From: the human T2T-CHM13v2.0 reference genome, Homo sapiens
Reading direction: 5' to 3' (one strand)
Length of the DNA stretch: 64,000 bases
NCBI RefSeq assembly: GCF_009914755.1
Contig: NC_060937.1
Numbering within the stretch: the first letter of the stretch is position 1; each line of letters begins with the position of its first letter. The notes below the pieces were generated by a model. It did not search any database, had not been told where the DNA came from, and worked only from the letters and a program-made list of their open reading frames with translations. Made by a program: the position numbers and the translations under genes. Positions 12,641 to 28,200 of the stretch are shown here, piece after piece.

Positions 12641-13907
12641 ACAGAATCTCAGGAGTTCAGTAAATGCCAAGGGTTTTAGGAGCATTTGTCGGTGTGACTC
12701 TTCAGATGCTTGCCCCAAGTCTTCGTTTCTTAGTTAAAGGCCCAGTAAGTATAGGGAGCTTTCCCTGTATTCGGCTTCAGATTTCGGAAATGGAGAAAAC
12801 ATGCACAAGATGATGGGAACTTTCACAACTGTCTTGATTCATTGTAACCACACTAGTGTTTCCAAACCGTACGTGAAAGCTTTACCCTTTGTCCTTTTGG
12901 TGGTGGTTGTTTGTTTCTGTGTTTTATTACCGCTTCCTAAATTCTAAGGAAAAAATTCACATCTTAGTGATAGATGGAAATTGCTTAAATATCAGAAAGG
13001 ATCCAGATCAAGCACTTTTCTAGTCATGCTGTAATACAAAAGTTATATAAAGATGATTTATGTCTTTAGTAAAGGAAAAAGTAGGACACTGGCTAAGGCT
13101 GCCTCCCTCTTGTACATTCCAACATCGGAAATGGTCCTACCACAAAGCAAACTAAGCCTAATGTAATTAGACTGCATCCCCAAAATGTCACAGTGAATTG
13201 ACTAAGGCAAAATATTTGAGACAAGTTATACAAGCAAACATCAAAAAGAAGGCAGAAGACCTCACTTTCAGCTAAAGACCTTGCTAATTCTAGAGCTGCC
13301 ACTGTCTAAATACATAGCACCTACCCTGCGCCTGACCCTGTGATGAGTGCTGAGAAGAGAGTGTTAGAGTGGAGACTGTAAAAGTCAAACAAGGCTAGGT
13401 AAGGAAGGCTTTGGGCATCCAGCGGAAGAACTTGAGGAATGAAGGCTGAACCAGGCTTCTAACCTAGATGAGGAGACAGTGAAAATAAAGGTAATAAGTA
13501 GTTACACAATATATTATGACTTCGTTTCATGTGTATCTTCTCATTTAATCCTCATAGCAACCCTAAGACATAAATTTAGGATGTAAGCTTATAAAATGCT
13601 TTTCCTACTTTGAGCACATTGTATGTATCAAGATTTTAATGAATTATCCCATTTCACATAAAAATGCTTTGAGGTACTATTATTATCCTCCGTTTTACAG
13701 ATGAAGAAACTGAGGCTAGAAGAATTGAATACCTTGGTCAAGATATCTCCATTTAATCTCGCTGGAACTCAGTAGACACCTGAAAGAATGGGAGAACAAC
13801 CTAAGGCAATTTTGCAAAGTGGTTGATATAAGCACTAAGAGCTCTTGGAGTTAAGACAATGGAGAGATCAACACAAGTTAGAGCATTCAACAACATTTTT
13901 TGCCTAG

Positions 13908-14170
<263 letters not shown>

Positions 14171-14171
14171 C

Positions 14172-15090
14172 GACAACATTTATTGAGTAACTGCTGTATA
14201 AACAGTACCCTGCTAGATACTGTGAATCAATGGGCTCACATTAGGTATTGATGATAAATATGCAAATAAAGAATTGCAATACAGTGAGACACGTGTCAAG
14301 AGATTTAGGTTCAACATACTGTGGAGTGGATTGCTGCACCTGGAGTCTTCACAGAGAAGGTAGTGTTTGAAATGATTCATGTAGGATATATTATACAAGA
14401 GTTTGTCAGGCTGAGACAAGTCAAATCTGGCAGACAGATCATGTACAGAGAGAGAGAGAAAGAAACAGCTGAAAGTGCAGGGCATGATTGAGAACCAGAG
14501 AGTGATTCAGTGTGTCTAGAGGTCAAGTATATACAACAGTTTGTAAGAATAAGACCAGAAAGAGAATCTGGGGCCATGTTGTATGCCAAGAGAAGGAGTT
14601 TGCACATTAACCTCCAGGAAATGGAAAAATGGTGAAGGTTTTTTAGAGTGACAAAGCTACAATGGGGAGGAAAACTTTGAGCCTGAGAAAAGGCAGCACC
14701 TGAGCTTAACTTTGAATGCCATTTAGGACTGGATACACAGAGAAGCGGGGTATAGAGCCTAAGTAGAGGCTTGGAGTCCTGACAGAGTTCAGTTACAGGG
14801 GCCATGAGACCAGCCAGATGAGGAGGTTAATCTTTCGAAAGTAGTAGAAGGTGTTGGCAGAGCAGGAGGAGAAGGTTACAGAGTGAAGAATCTTGAGTAG
14901 CTGGATGAAGTTGGACTTCATCCGATGAGCAAACTGGGCAGCTACTGGACTTTTTGATCGTGTTTTAGGTGGTGACATACTATGAATTGAATTAGGAAGA
15001 CAGGAAGCATCAAGTGCTAGCTACGTGGCAGTAAAAATAGTCTCTACTTGAAATGATGAACAGTGCTGATGGCAATGAGACTGAATGGGA
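14172..15090 (-). mobile_element. L2 fragments
   Basis: CAACATTTATTGAGT...; GCCAAGAGAAGGAGTTTG; TGAAGGTTTTTTAGAG; GTGGCAGT are diverged L2 3' sequence. Confidence 0.55.
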
Positions 15091-15227
15091 AAGAATGGAC
15101 CTTCACAATGTTTTTAAAGAAGAACCAAAGGTGTTTTGTTTTAAAAGATGTTCATCACAATCTGTGTAAAGTCTCTCAAACTCTCACTAAAATATCTGAT
15201 CACATGCTTATTAAAAAACAAGCTACC

Positions 15228-15537
<310 letters not shown>

Positions 15538-15729
15538 TCACACTACCAAAAGCTAGTATTGACTGTCAAGCTCTTTCCAGAGTTTGGGAGGAATATTTTT
15601 TACATACCACATTAATGTAACTTGATGAAAAATGCAACTAATAATCCTTCCATGCTATGTCTGACTGAAAAAAGGTGGGTGCTCCACTCCTCCCTACTGT
15701 CTACCCCAGCTAAGAAATCAAAGGTTCAT

Positions 15730-15910
15730 ACCACTGGTTCCCAGACTTTTGTGTGCATCCTAATTACCTGGAGAACTTATTAAAATGCAGATTATAGGGT
15801 TTCGTTCCTCCCTGCACCCAGAGATTCTGAGTCAATAGGTCTGAAAGGGCCCAAGAATATTCATCTTTAGTAATACCTATAGGAGATCACCCATGTGCCA
15901 CACATTTCAG
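15730..15910. mobile_element. MER5A-like
   Basis: TTACCTGGAGAACTTATTAAAATGCAGATT...CCCAGAGATTCTGA...GGGCCCAAGAAT. Confidence 0.7.
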
Positions 15911-15939
15911 TCATGAAGCTGTACAACTGTTCTTTATAG

Positions 15940-16625
<686 letters not shown>

Positions 16626-17118
16626 TCTTTCATTTGATGTATGCCTGCTGCAGAGCTGGAGAAGACAGGTGGGAGACAGGGGCTAGGGGGACTGGTTTGG
16701 AGAGAGAGAAAGGGCTGACCAGATAGATGGGTATTTTTATTTTTATCCCTTTGATTACCAGTAAGGATAAACATTTTTTCATAAGTAATTTGTGTTTTTA
16801 GTTATTATTTATCTAATTCTCCTTTGTGTATTTTTAAAATATTTTTCTAACTAATTTTAAGAGCTTTCTGCATACTAAGAATATTGACACTTTCTAGTAG
16901 GTTGCCAACTTACATTACTTTTTCCCTCCACCACACTTAGGCAGCTCAAATCCATGTGAGCAAATAGATTTAAGTAAGGAAGAAATACGAAGAAGACTAT
17001 GGGCTTTTGAACCAGGCAAATCTGGGCTTCAATCATACTTCATCACTTCTAGTTGTATGACATTAGCCAAATTGCTATCTTTTCTGCACCTCAATATTTT
17101 CATCTGTAAAACAGATAT

Positions 17119-17417
17119 GGCTGGACTTGGTGGCTCACGCCTGTAATTCAGCACTTTGGGAGGCTGAGGCGGGTGGTCATGAGGTCAGGAGATCGAGACC
17201 ATCCTGGCCAACATGGTGAAACCCCGTCTTTACCAAAAATACAAAAATTAGCTGGGCGTGATGGCACGTGCCTGTAATCCCAGCTACTCAGGAGGCTGAG
17301 GCAGGATAATCACTTGAACCAAGGAGTCGAGGTTGCAGTGAGCCAAGATCGCTCCACCACACTCCAGCCTGGCAACAGAGCCAAGACCCTGTCTCAAAAA
17401 AAAAAAAAAAAAAAAAA
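17119..17417 (+). mobile_element. Alu (AluSc-like) inserted in a MIR (~16990-17510)
   Basis: GAGATCGAGACCATCCTGGCCAAC. MIR sequence on both sides (CATCTGTAAAA before, GTTGTGAGG...CCTGGCACACAGTAGG after), with AGATATG repeated at both ends. Confidence 0.9.
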
Positions 17418-18823
17418 GATATGATAGTACTTAATAGAGTGTTGTGAGGCTTCAATAACAGATGTAAAGTGTCTAGCAAAACACCTGGCACACAGTAGGT
17501 ATTCAGGAAATGTTAACAATTCGAGTAACCAATCTTTAGAAGTTAGGCAACTCCATAATTTAAAATATTTTGAATGGGCATTAAATGTAAATTCAGTGTT
17601 TGAGGCGTGTCTAGAAGCCTTGATTACTATGATAAGTATTTTTCATTACATATGAAGAAGTGTATAAAAGGGTACATTGGTATTCCATCCCTTTACCTCC
17701 AAAGGAGCAATGTCTATGTTTCGCTCTTTACTAGATATTCTGTCATATCTGCCTGCCAGACCACTCCTTCTGCTTCTCTGATGCAAGTTACACCTGCATC
17801 TTGCATACCAAGTGAGGCTGTCCATCACCTAACTCCACCTCACCAGGCACACAGGTTCGGCATGTGATTTGGCCTCATAGTGCTTGACCCGGCACCAATC
17901 AGAGAGCTTTGTCAGAGATGGATATAGGTGCAGGGACTCTTTCTAAGATTATGGATGCTTATAGCCTCACATAACTCCAGAACTGTCAGGGCCATCTTGG
18001 CTTTAATTCGAGAAGAGCTTGACTGAGACAAGAGAAAGGTGAAACAAATGATTGCAACCAAGGGAAACAAAATGTCCTGGTGATATACTTTGAACTGTGA
18101 ATCACCCCAATCTGAAACATTGCTTTGGACATCATGAGTAAATAAATCCTGACTTAATGTATACAAGTAAGTTTGTCATAGCTTTCTGTTGCTCATAATT
18201 CCAAGAATTCTGGCTGATGCCATCTCTTACCCCTGAAACCTTGGTAGGAGTTGCTTTACTGGGAGATATGGGTATCCTTGGTATTGATCACTTCATAATG
18301 CCTCTCCATATATGTAAAAGTAAGGTGGGCTGTAGATTATAGCTGTAAGTTACATCAAGTTCCCAACTTATTAACAAACAAGAAAAAATATTGGTGGAAG
18401 CAAGGTGGCCACATATGTATATTTCCCTTGCCTCCTCACCAAGTCCTTAATGGGAACACATGCTTCCAGCACTACTGTCCACTCAAGGCACTGTCTTACC
18501 TAGCAAGGAAAGCTCAGTTCTTATAGCATTATAATTTGAATTACATAATTTTCAAGGCCTGTGTTATTATTTAGGAAGAAATATTTACAATATCAGGCTC
18601 TTTGGATCTTTGGCTTCACTCCTGCATCAGCAAAGGCCAACAAAGGAGAACAGAGTTGGCCTGAGTGTCTCTAGTTCATGCTCTCCACCATTCTGGGACC
18701 CATTTTCCCAGAGCCACCTTTTAATTCTGATATAATGCCTGTTATGTCAATTGTTCTAATACTGAGTTTGGTCTGAGGACACAACAGATCTATCTCACCA
18801 CATATGAGTTTTCAAGAAGATAA

Positions 18824-19195
<372 letters not shown>

Positions 19196-19969
19196 TGATC
19201 TATAAGATTCCATTAAAATTGTCAAGCCATAGTATATATAGTTAATTGATAAAAACTCATGTTCAAGTTTTCAATAAGCAGTCTATTTATTTTAGGAATT
19301 ACTTTCCTTGATCCATGTATTTATCCTCAAAATAATTGTTAAAAAGGATCTGGTTATCGTAGAATATTAGCCTCTTATTTTATAGATGGAAACATGGCGT
19401 CTCCTATTTTATTACTCTGTAAGCTTGAGGAAATTCCCTTCACTCGGCACCCTTCAAAGTCCACAACTTCATGTAAGTATCACTTTCTTAAGTAGTTCAG
19501 GGATTATTGTACTATTATCCTTGCTGTTCCCTCTGCTTGAAATGGCTTTTCCTAATACTTCCATAACTGGTTCTTTCTCAGTGTCATGCCTCAGCATTTC
19601 GCTTGTCACAATCTATAAGTACTTCAGGTTTATCTTTTATTGTCTCTCCCATTCAGTGGAGCCTAAGCTTCAGAAGGATGGTCTGGCTGAGCACTATATC
19701 CAAAGTGCCTCACACACTGCCTGGCAGAGTAAGTACTCATTAAGTATTTCTTAAATGAATTTCTTTTTTTGTACATTCTTAAAAAATCTTGAGAAATAGC
19801 AAAGGGGGGTGATGACCGCCATTACTCCCACCAATACCATCTTTCGTAACACAAATCATAGATAATGAGGTTGATGGATAATACAAAGACAGTTATGCTG
19901 TTACATTTGGTTATTGTCATCACAGCTAACTTTGGTATGTTTAATATATAAGATAATTGTTTTTATATT

Positions 19970-21230
19970 TTTAAAAAATTATGGTACAATATATACAATA
20001 TAAAAATTACTACCTTAACCATTTTCAAATGTACAGTTTAGTGGCATTAAGTGCTGACACATTGTTGTGCTACCATCACTACCCTCCAACCAGAGAACTC
20101 TTTTCATCTTGCAAAACAGAAACTCTGTGCCTATTAAATAATAATTCCTCATTCACCCCACTCCCAGCCCCTGCCCACCACCATTCTACACTTTGTCTCT
20201 ACAAATTTGATTACTCTGATTACTCAAATATATTAGGGCTCTCCAGAGAAACAGGGTTTCTCCAGAGTCAGGGCTCTCCAGAGAAACAGAATCAACAGAA
20301 TGTGATTTCAGAGAGAGAGAGAGACTTAGAAAGTATTGGCTCACACAGTTATGGAGACTGACAAGTTCTGAGATCTGCACTTGACAAACTGGAGACCCAA
20401 GAAAGCCAATGGTATAAGTTCCAGTCTGAAAGCCAGCAGGTTCCAGACCCCTTCAAATCTGAAGGCAGGAATAATGTGCTGCCCCAGCTGAAGCAGCCAG
20501 GCAGGAGAAGCTTCCTCTTACTGGAGGGAGAGTCAGCCTTTCTGTTCTATTCAGGCCTTCAGCTGAGTGGATGAGGCCCACCCACATTAGGAAGGGCCAT
20601 CTGCTTTACTCAGTCTACGGATTCACATGTTAATCGCATCCAAAAACATCCGCACAGGCATACCTAGAATAACATTTGACCAAATATCTGGGTGCCCCGT
20701 AGCCCAGTCAACTTGACACATAAAATTGACCATAACATCATATAAATTAAATCATACAGTATTTGTCCTTTTGTGACTGGCTTATTTCACTTAACATAGT
20801 GTCCTCAAGATTCTTCCATGTTGTAGCACATGTCAGAATTTCCTTCCTTTTTAAGGCTGAATAATATTTCATTTATGTGTATACTGCAATTTGTTTATCC
20901 ATTCATATGTTGATGGACACTTGGGTTACAAACATTTTGGCTATTGTGAATAATGCTGCTATGAACATGGGTGTACAAGTATCTCTTTTAGTTTCTGCTT
21001 TTAATTCTTTTGGGTACATACCCAGAAGTAGAATTGCTGTATCATATGGTAATACTATGTTTAATTGTTTTAGGAACACACCATACTGTTTTTCATAGCA
21101 GCTGCACCATTTTACTTTCCTACCATCAGCGTGTGAGGGTTCTAATTTCTCCACATCCTCACCAACATTTGTTATTTTCTGTTTTTTTTTTTAATCGCAG
21201 ACTTTCCTAATGCATGTGAGGTGGTTATTA
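19970..21230 (-). mobile_element. L1MA/MB 3' region split by an MLT2 LTR
   Basis: Minus-strand [42 protein letters not shown] is L1 ORF2 C-terminus-like. 3' UTR-like sequence lies at 19970-20228. Confidence 0.85.
20229..20737. mobile_element. MLT2-family (ERVL) LTR
   Basis: T(A)TATTAGGGCTCTCCAGAGAAACAG...GGATGAGGCCCACCCACATT...TTGACACATAAAATTGACCATAACA, with flanks TCAAA/TCATA as a probable TSD. Confidence 0.85.
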
Positions 21231-22283
21231 GTTTCTCTTGCACTTAAATGTTAGTCATTTTCTGTCACTTTCTGTCCATTTTTGTCATGTACTAGGCTTG
21301 TCACTTACTTTATGACTATAGATCCAGGTGTTAGGGATGATGCTTGATACAGTAGGTAACTAGTTAGTACTAATTAGTGGTAATTTTCAAAACACAATAT
21401 GGTAAATAGAGATTAGAGAAGAAATAGGAAGTGGTAGGCCTGGGGAAAACAGGCCAAAATAGGTGGCAAAGAGGAAATAGTCATGGTTGTGGGCAGTATG
21501 CTACAAAGAGATCTTTTTCTTAGAACCAAATGGTTATAATAAAGTCATTTATATTTTTAGTTGAGAGTGGGAAGCAAGAGGGAGGAAAACAAAGAGTGTA
21601 GTTCCTCATTATCTAATATGACTTCATGCCAAACACAGTGACCATCACTGGAGAAATAGAAATGTTAGCAAATGTATCTAGTATTAAAATGTAAATCTAC
21701 CTCTGAGAACACAGATGACCCTTAACTCTTTTTCTAAACTACTGATTCTACACACACTCAACCTTTATAGCCTTTTCTCTATTACACAAGGGACCCTAAA
21801 ATTTAATGGTAAATGATTTTCTAAATTCGTCATTGTGAACTATTTGTGTTATGACCAAATTGTGTGTGATATCTGTTTTCTTTCAAACTACTGAAACATG
21901 TTAAGTAAATCATTCTTTGGGCATCATGCATTGTGATTATTCATAAAGAAGGATTACTTTGTTTACGAGCATTTACCAAATCTTTAGTCAGAATATACAG
22001 AGGCCTCCAGGAGCCTAGATTAGATATAGGGAAGGGAAAACATGTATTGGTGCTCACAGTAACTAGGAAAAGGGTCCTAGACAACATATGATTGAATTTA
22101 AGGAAATTGTTCCATACGATATTATTGAGTGCCTGCTATATGCCCTGTACTGCACTATTCACTGGGAAACCATAGTAAATAAGACAGTTTCCTATGGAAC
22201 TTGGGACCTATTTAGTCTGTTTTATATTTAGAAGTTTGAGTTTGCCCTATTGGTCAGTGGTTTTCAAACTCTGTTTGAAGCCT

Positions 22284-22945
22284 GTCATATAATCAATAAT
22301 TTGTCTGGTCTTTGTCCTGGGTTCCTGGCACAAATAGGAGTCTCTTTATTATTCATGAGCCTTTGCGAACACTCTTCAGTTTGTGCTAATGAGGTGATTC
22401 ATGGTGGAACCTAGATAGCTTCAGGATGGATGCTGATCATTCCAGAAAGATCAACTATGTGATTAAAGAGTTGAGGCTTTGAACCATATGATAGCAGCCC
22501 AGCCTCCTGACCGTCAGGAAGTGGAGGGGGATTGGAAATGGATCTCACTCATGTGGCCAAAACCCCAAAAAACTCTGGATGCCAAAGCTCAGTGGAACTT
22601 CCTGGTTGATGAACACCTCAACACACCAGAATGCAGAGTGGCAGAGAGTGTAGAATCTCTACATTTGGAACCCTCCAAGATGTCACCCTATGCGTCTCTA
22701 CATTTGGCTGTTCCTGCCTAGTACCCTTTATAATAAAGCTGTTATTGTAAATATAGCACTTTCCTGAGTTATGTGAGACATTTTAGTGAATTATTGTGAG
22801 ACCCATCCCCCTCTGGATTTGTAAACAGTCTGAAGTGAGGGCTGTTTTGCTTTGGACCAATGCCCTTTAACTGGTGGGGTCTGTACTAACTCCAGATTGT
22901 TAGTGCCAGAATTGGAATGCACTATACCAGCTGATGTCAGAATAG
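22284..22945 (+). mobile_element. MER21-family LTR
   Basis: CTGGTCTTTGTCCTGGGTTCCTGGCACA, GCTAATGAGGTGA, CTAGATAGCTTCAGGATGG, CTTCCTGGTTGATGAACAC and CTTTATAATAAA. Confidence 0.8.
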
Positions 22946-24293
22946 AACCCCTTCTTCAGTGGCTGCAAAGGAGGGGATTGGGAAAAAAGTTTCATACTAG
23001 TTGTAAATTCTGTTCTCCATAATGGCCTCCTGGGTACCCTTTGTTGAGTGATTACTAAGTATCAGAGCAGTTATTTCTGTTTTACAAATGGGAACACCTA
23101 GGCTTACAGGACATAAATAACTTCCCCATATTTACATGTAAAGTAACTAGGGACTTGATTGTTGTGAAGAGAAGGTTAAATTCAAGAGCCATTTTGGAAT
23201 AATTATCAAGTGGCTAATTACACGTGAAAATCAAAAGAGAAAGACATCCAAAGCTAACGTAAGATTGTGACAAAGGAAACCAGATTTTAGAGATATCGGT
23301 AACCACAAAAGACAAGGGATGCCATTTTGAGAAAAAGTGGTGACTTTACGTAAAAAGAAAACAAAAACATTTGAAGTTTAAAATGTGAGTGGAAAAGCAG
23401 GAGTAAGAAAAGAAGTATAATCCAGCAAGGTTAGCTTGATGTTAGTGAAAGCCTTTGTTTCCTTAGTTTTATTGTTTTAATGCCAATAAAATGTGGATAA
23501 CGACATGTAGCTCAGACAACTAGCAATCATAAGGATTCCAAGCTAGCTGCCCGGCATCATCTTCAACATATTTCACGTTCCTCACAAACAACGACTCCCT
23601 TTCCTTCTCCTTAGTATGCACTGTTAGAGCAGGAAGAAAATATGATCTGTGACCCAAAATAGAGACTCAACTATACCTGCCTGTTCAAAATCTACACGAC
23701 TTATTAAGACCCTTTCACAAATCCAGTGAAATCCCAAAAATACAGCAGAAATGCCATGATGTGTTTCATACTCCCTAGCTAAAAGTTGAGGGTTGCTGGA
23801 AAATCACAACCCATAACCACTGCAGAATAAAATTCAGTGCATATTAGAACATTGCAAACAATTTTTGTATGTATATTTAATATTTATACACAGATAGACA
23901 TTAAAATGAAATTATAAAATAAATAAAATAAAAATATATTTCTATTTAAAACATAGGTGCAGGTTTCTCCCTCACATGACTGTGCACAAGAACACTGAAT
24001 AACTGCGTTGGTCAAGTTTTATAATGAGGGTTCACTTAGGCACTGAAGGTTGTCTATTATCCCTGGTGCCTGACCATTAAATGCTAGGAATGGCACCCTG
24101 TCATTGTGAGACCCCCCACCACCAGATTTCCCAACTTCACCCTAGCCCCTGGTACTATTCCACCTGAGAGCTTTTGCCCCAGAGCCTCCTTGCTGGGTAC
24201 AGAGAGGATGTTTGGGGCAAAGAACAAAAGTCTCCTTATTTATCTGGGCACAATATGATTCTTTCCCTTCCCAGTTACTTGTCACAATTTCTA

Positions 24294-24376
24294 TTAGATT
24301 GGTACAAATGTAATTGAGGTTTTTGCTATTTATTGAAAGTAATGACAAAACTGCAATTACTTTTGCACCAACCTAA
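24294..24376. mobile_element. MADE1 (Hsmar1-derived mariner MITE)
   Basis: TTAGATTGGTACAAATGTAATTGAGGTTTTTGC...GACAAAACTGCAATTACTTTTGCACCAACCTAA is a near-palindromic pair of TIRs, with TA on the left flank. Confidence 0.92.
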
Positions 24377-25370
24377 CAGCTACATTATAGTCCTCACTAC
24401 TCTCTGTGTGGCCACTGTGCAAATGTGAGCTCCACAAGGGCTGTAGGCCCAAGTTTGTCAGAGACCCTTCTCTGCGCAGTTTCCTGAGTGGACCACCCAG
24501 TTCTTGCTGGCCCTCTTTTTGCTGCCCTGCTCCTGCCTCCTGTGGCACATCCCACAGCCTTTGCTGCTGGGGTTGCCCTCCGGGGGGAACAGCTGCAGGA
24601 CTCTAGTTTGCCTGCAGGCAACACAACATGCCCCTGACTAACAGGGAACTCCAGCACCTTGCCGAGCTTGGGGAAATGGCTGTGCCACTGCTAGACCCAA
24701 CCCCTGTGCTTCCCTTGGGACCGTCCCCCTTGACTTGGCTTTGGGGATGAGAGGGACAGCATGCATGAGAAAAATGTCTTTTCTCTCCTCTTGAGACCTA
24801 CAATCAAAGTAATGGCACGTTTCCTCTCTCGCCTCCCCAGCACCTTTCCTTATACACTACGGAGTTTTAGATGGGGTGCCTGCTAGTGGTAGGAAGGCAA
24901 TTCTGCCTGATTTACTAAACTCTGGGGAAGGTGCCCAGTCCCGAATATTGGCAGGACTCTTTAGAATGCAAAGTCATTGTGCCTCTCTGTCCTTAGCACT
25001 GGGTCCTATTTTCCACTTCCAGGGAGAAAGGAAAAACTCCTTCTTCATGTCTTGTTACTCTACATAGTCAGTTCCCTTGGGGAGGGTACTGAGAGTCTGG
25101 GTTGGGAGGCAAACAAATATTTTCACTGTATTCTCTTGTAGTGTTTGACTTTGTATCATGTGCATTTATTACTTTATTCAATTAAGAGTTGTCTATTTTT
25201 AAAAGGGAGGAGGAATAAGTTAGTTTGTGTGCATTGACTTAAAATGATGTACATGAAGTATTGTTAAGTTAGCAAAACAAGCTGGAGAGTAATGAACATA
25301 ATAGTAATCATAGCAATCACAATAGGCATAATAGTAAAAGGAAAATGAATGCGCAGTTCCAGCTACATAC

Positions 25371-25678
25371 TTTTTTTTTTTTTTTGAGACGGAGTCTTGC
25401 CCTGTCGCCCAGGCTGGAGTGCAGAGCGATCTCGGCTCACTGCAACCTCCGCCTCCCAGGTTAAAGTGATTCTCCTTCCTTAGCCTCCCAAGTAGCTGAG
25501 ACTACAGGTGTGTGCCACCACAAATACAAAATACAAAAAATACAAATTTTTTGTAGTTTTAGTAGAGATGGGGTTTCACCATGTTAGCCAGCATGGTCTA
25601 GATCTCCTGACCTAGTGATCTGTCCATCTTGGCCTCCCAAAGTGCTGGGATTATAGGCGTGACCCACCGCACCCAGCC
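25371..25678 (-). mobile_element. Alu (AluSc-like) with rearranged linker
   Basis: Reverse Alu flanked by CCAGCTACATAC/CCAGCTATGTAC repeats. Confidence 0.9.
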
Positions 25679-26510
25679 CCAGCTATGTACTTTTGTTGGT
25701 ATGTGTTGTGTAAGTGTGAAGAAAGGTGTGGAGGGTCACATACCAGTCTGTTAACATGGTTACCTTGGAGGGATAATGATGGGGTAAGGGAAAAACTTTT
25801 ATTTCCTTTGGTATTACTTTAAGATACAAAAAAATCACATGCTTGTAACAAATGCGCGTTCAAACAAGCATGTATTATTTCTGTAACTTAGGAAGGGAAG
25901 GGAGCAAAGGTAGACGAGAACAAAGAATGTGTTACGCCACCATGCCCACAACCACAGCCCCAATCAACTAATCAACAAAACAAACTCGCAGCTCTCATAT
26001 ACAGGTTTGCCTGACATGCTGAGGCAGGGTTTTTGACTCCCTTCCGTTCATTCTGAAGTTCGGATTTCAGAAATAGATAACACACTGGCATTGGCCACGG
26101 TCTCTCAGGACCAGCTCACGAAGTCTTTCAGGACAAAGGTTTTGTCTTAACGCTCAAAGATCTGCAGGACCCTGTATGGTAGAAGAAACATATCATTGTA
26201 TTTGTAAGTAAAACAAACAAAACATAATTTAAATGTGCATCGATGGTTAAGGAATTTAGCCTTACCCATATCTATTCAATCCTTTCATGAGAGCAAAATA
26301 AGATTGAGAGTAAAAAGCATAAAAGAGCTGGGGCCCCCAAGGCAGGGTGGTTATGGGAGGCAACCAGGCATAAGGGAGGGGGTGCTGGGAGCCCCCTTCA
26401 TAGCCTTCCCCAAGGTGACCAGGCCTGGGCTTCCCTGAGTAGCAATTCGGCCCGAGTGTTTTCCTTCCCTCTGTAACAATGCACGGTGCACCCCTTAAAA
26501 ATGCGTAATA

Positions 26511-26874
<364 letters not shown>

Positions 26875-27989
26875 TTATGCATATCAGATAGGCAATGTTT
26901 TTTTTAAAAACAACAACCAAAAAAACCCCTTCATAATGAAGATAAGAATGGAGTAAGAGAGTAAGAAATCAGAAATAAGAATGGAGTAGGAGAATCCTCT
27001 TATATATTCCTGTGGGTGTGTAAAGTGGTACAGTTATTCTGGGATGCAATATGACAACATGTCAGGGAACTAGAAACATTTTATACCCCTCTAGGACTCT
27101 AGCTTGAGGAAATAAACAGAGATGTTATCAAAGATTTGGTATGAGTATGTTTTGTGCAGTATTATTAATAATACTGAAATATTGAAAACTATTCAATAAG
27201 AATGGCTAACTAAATTATAATTATAATTTATGCAGTTGTAAAATCTTTGTAACATAATATTTAAAAGGCTAGGAAACAAAACTATATATCCAACATGATT
27301 CTAATTTGTAACAATTATATAGTAAATATACAAAACTATAGAGTACATTTGAATGATTCAAAAATAATTATAAATTTTCGTTTATCCTTTCTATGTTTCA
27401 AAAATTTCTATTATAAACATATGTTCATCTTAGTATTGGGAGAAGTAAAATGAAGGGAAAAAACATTAGCTTAGTCCTCCACAGAGAGAATTAATTCTCC
27501 TTGACACATTTAAATCCATAAATTTAGAACAACCTATTTCTGACTAATGTCACGTAATTGAACGGTCCATTTCTGAATTCATAGATTTCCCTGTGGTCCT
27601 GAAATATGTACCTATTTAGCTACTATGGAGCCATTACTCCCAGGAAAAAAGAAATCCCCAAAATAAAAATAAAATCTTTTTTTTTCTCACTTTTTTTTTT
27701 TAAGAGAAACTTCTCTATACATACAGGAATTTGACAACAGTTTGTGCCACTTATGGATTTAAAGAACTGGCACCTTGAATGGGATTCTGAATAGAATTCG
27801 TACAGATGGAATGTAAATATCACCCTGAACTGAATTGGCCCTCATCCTGTCCAGCCAATCTGGAAATGTCTGGTAAGCTGTTTATTACACGAGTCTAGAG
27901 CTCAGGAGAAGGTGTGGGCTGAGATGCAAATACGAGTATCATTAGCATATGCATGGCAGCTGAAACCATGGGAGCAACCTCTATCTAAA

Positions 27990-28200
27990 TCACTGATTCT
28001 CAACTGGAAGTGATTTTGTCCCCCAGGGAGCAGCTGGCAATGTCTGAAGGGAGACATTTTATATTTTTATAACTGGGGGTAGGGTACTACCTGCATGTAC
28101 TGGGCTGAGGCCAGGGCTGCTGCTAAACATTCTGCAATGCACAAGACAACCCCTTGCAACAAAGAATGATCTGGCGCAAAATGTCAATAGTGCCTAAATC
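27990..28200 (-). mobile_element. MER20
   Basis: TTCTCAACTGGAAGTGATTTTGTCCCCCAGGG...GGCAATGTCTG...GCTGCTAAACATTCTGCAATGCACAAGACA...AAAATGTCAATAGTGCC. Confidence 0.8.

Noticed and set aside
11925-12718. Long overlapping ORFs in the CpG island (219 aa +, 180 aa -, 137 aa + and others)
   Set aside because: GC-rich DNA lacks stop codons, and the translations are low-complexity Arg/Pro/Gly/Ala. Only the 12271-12109 minus frame has a splice-compatible partner exon and a recognisable protein.
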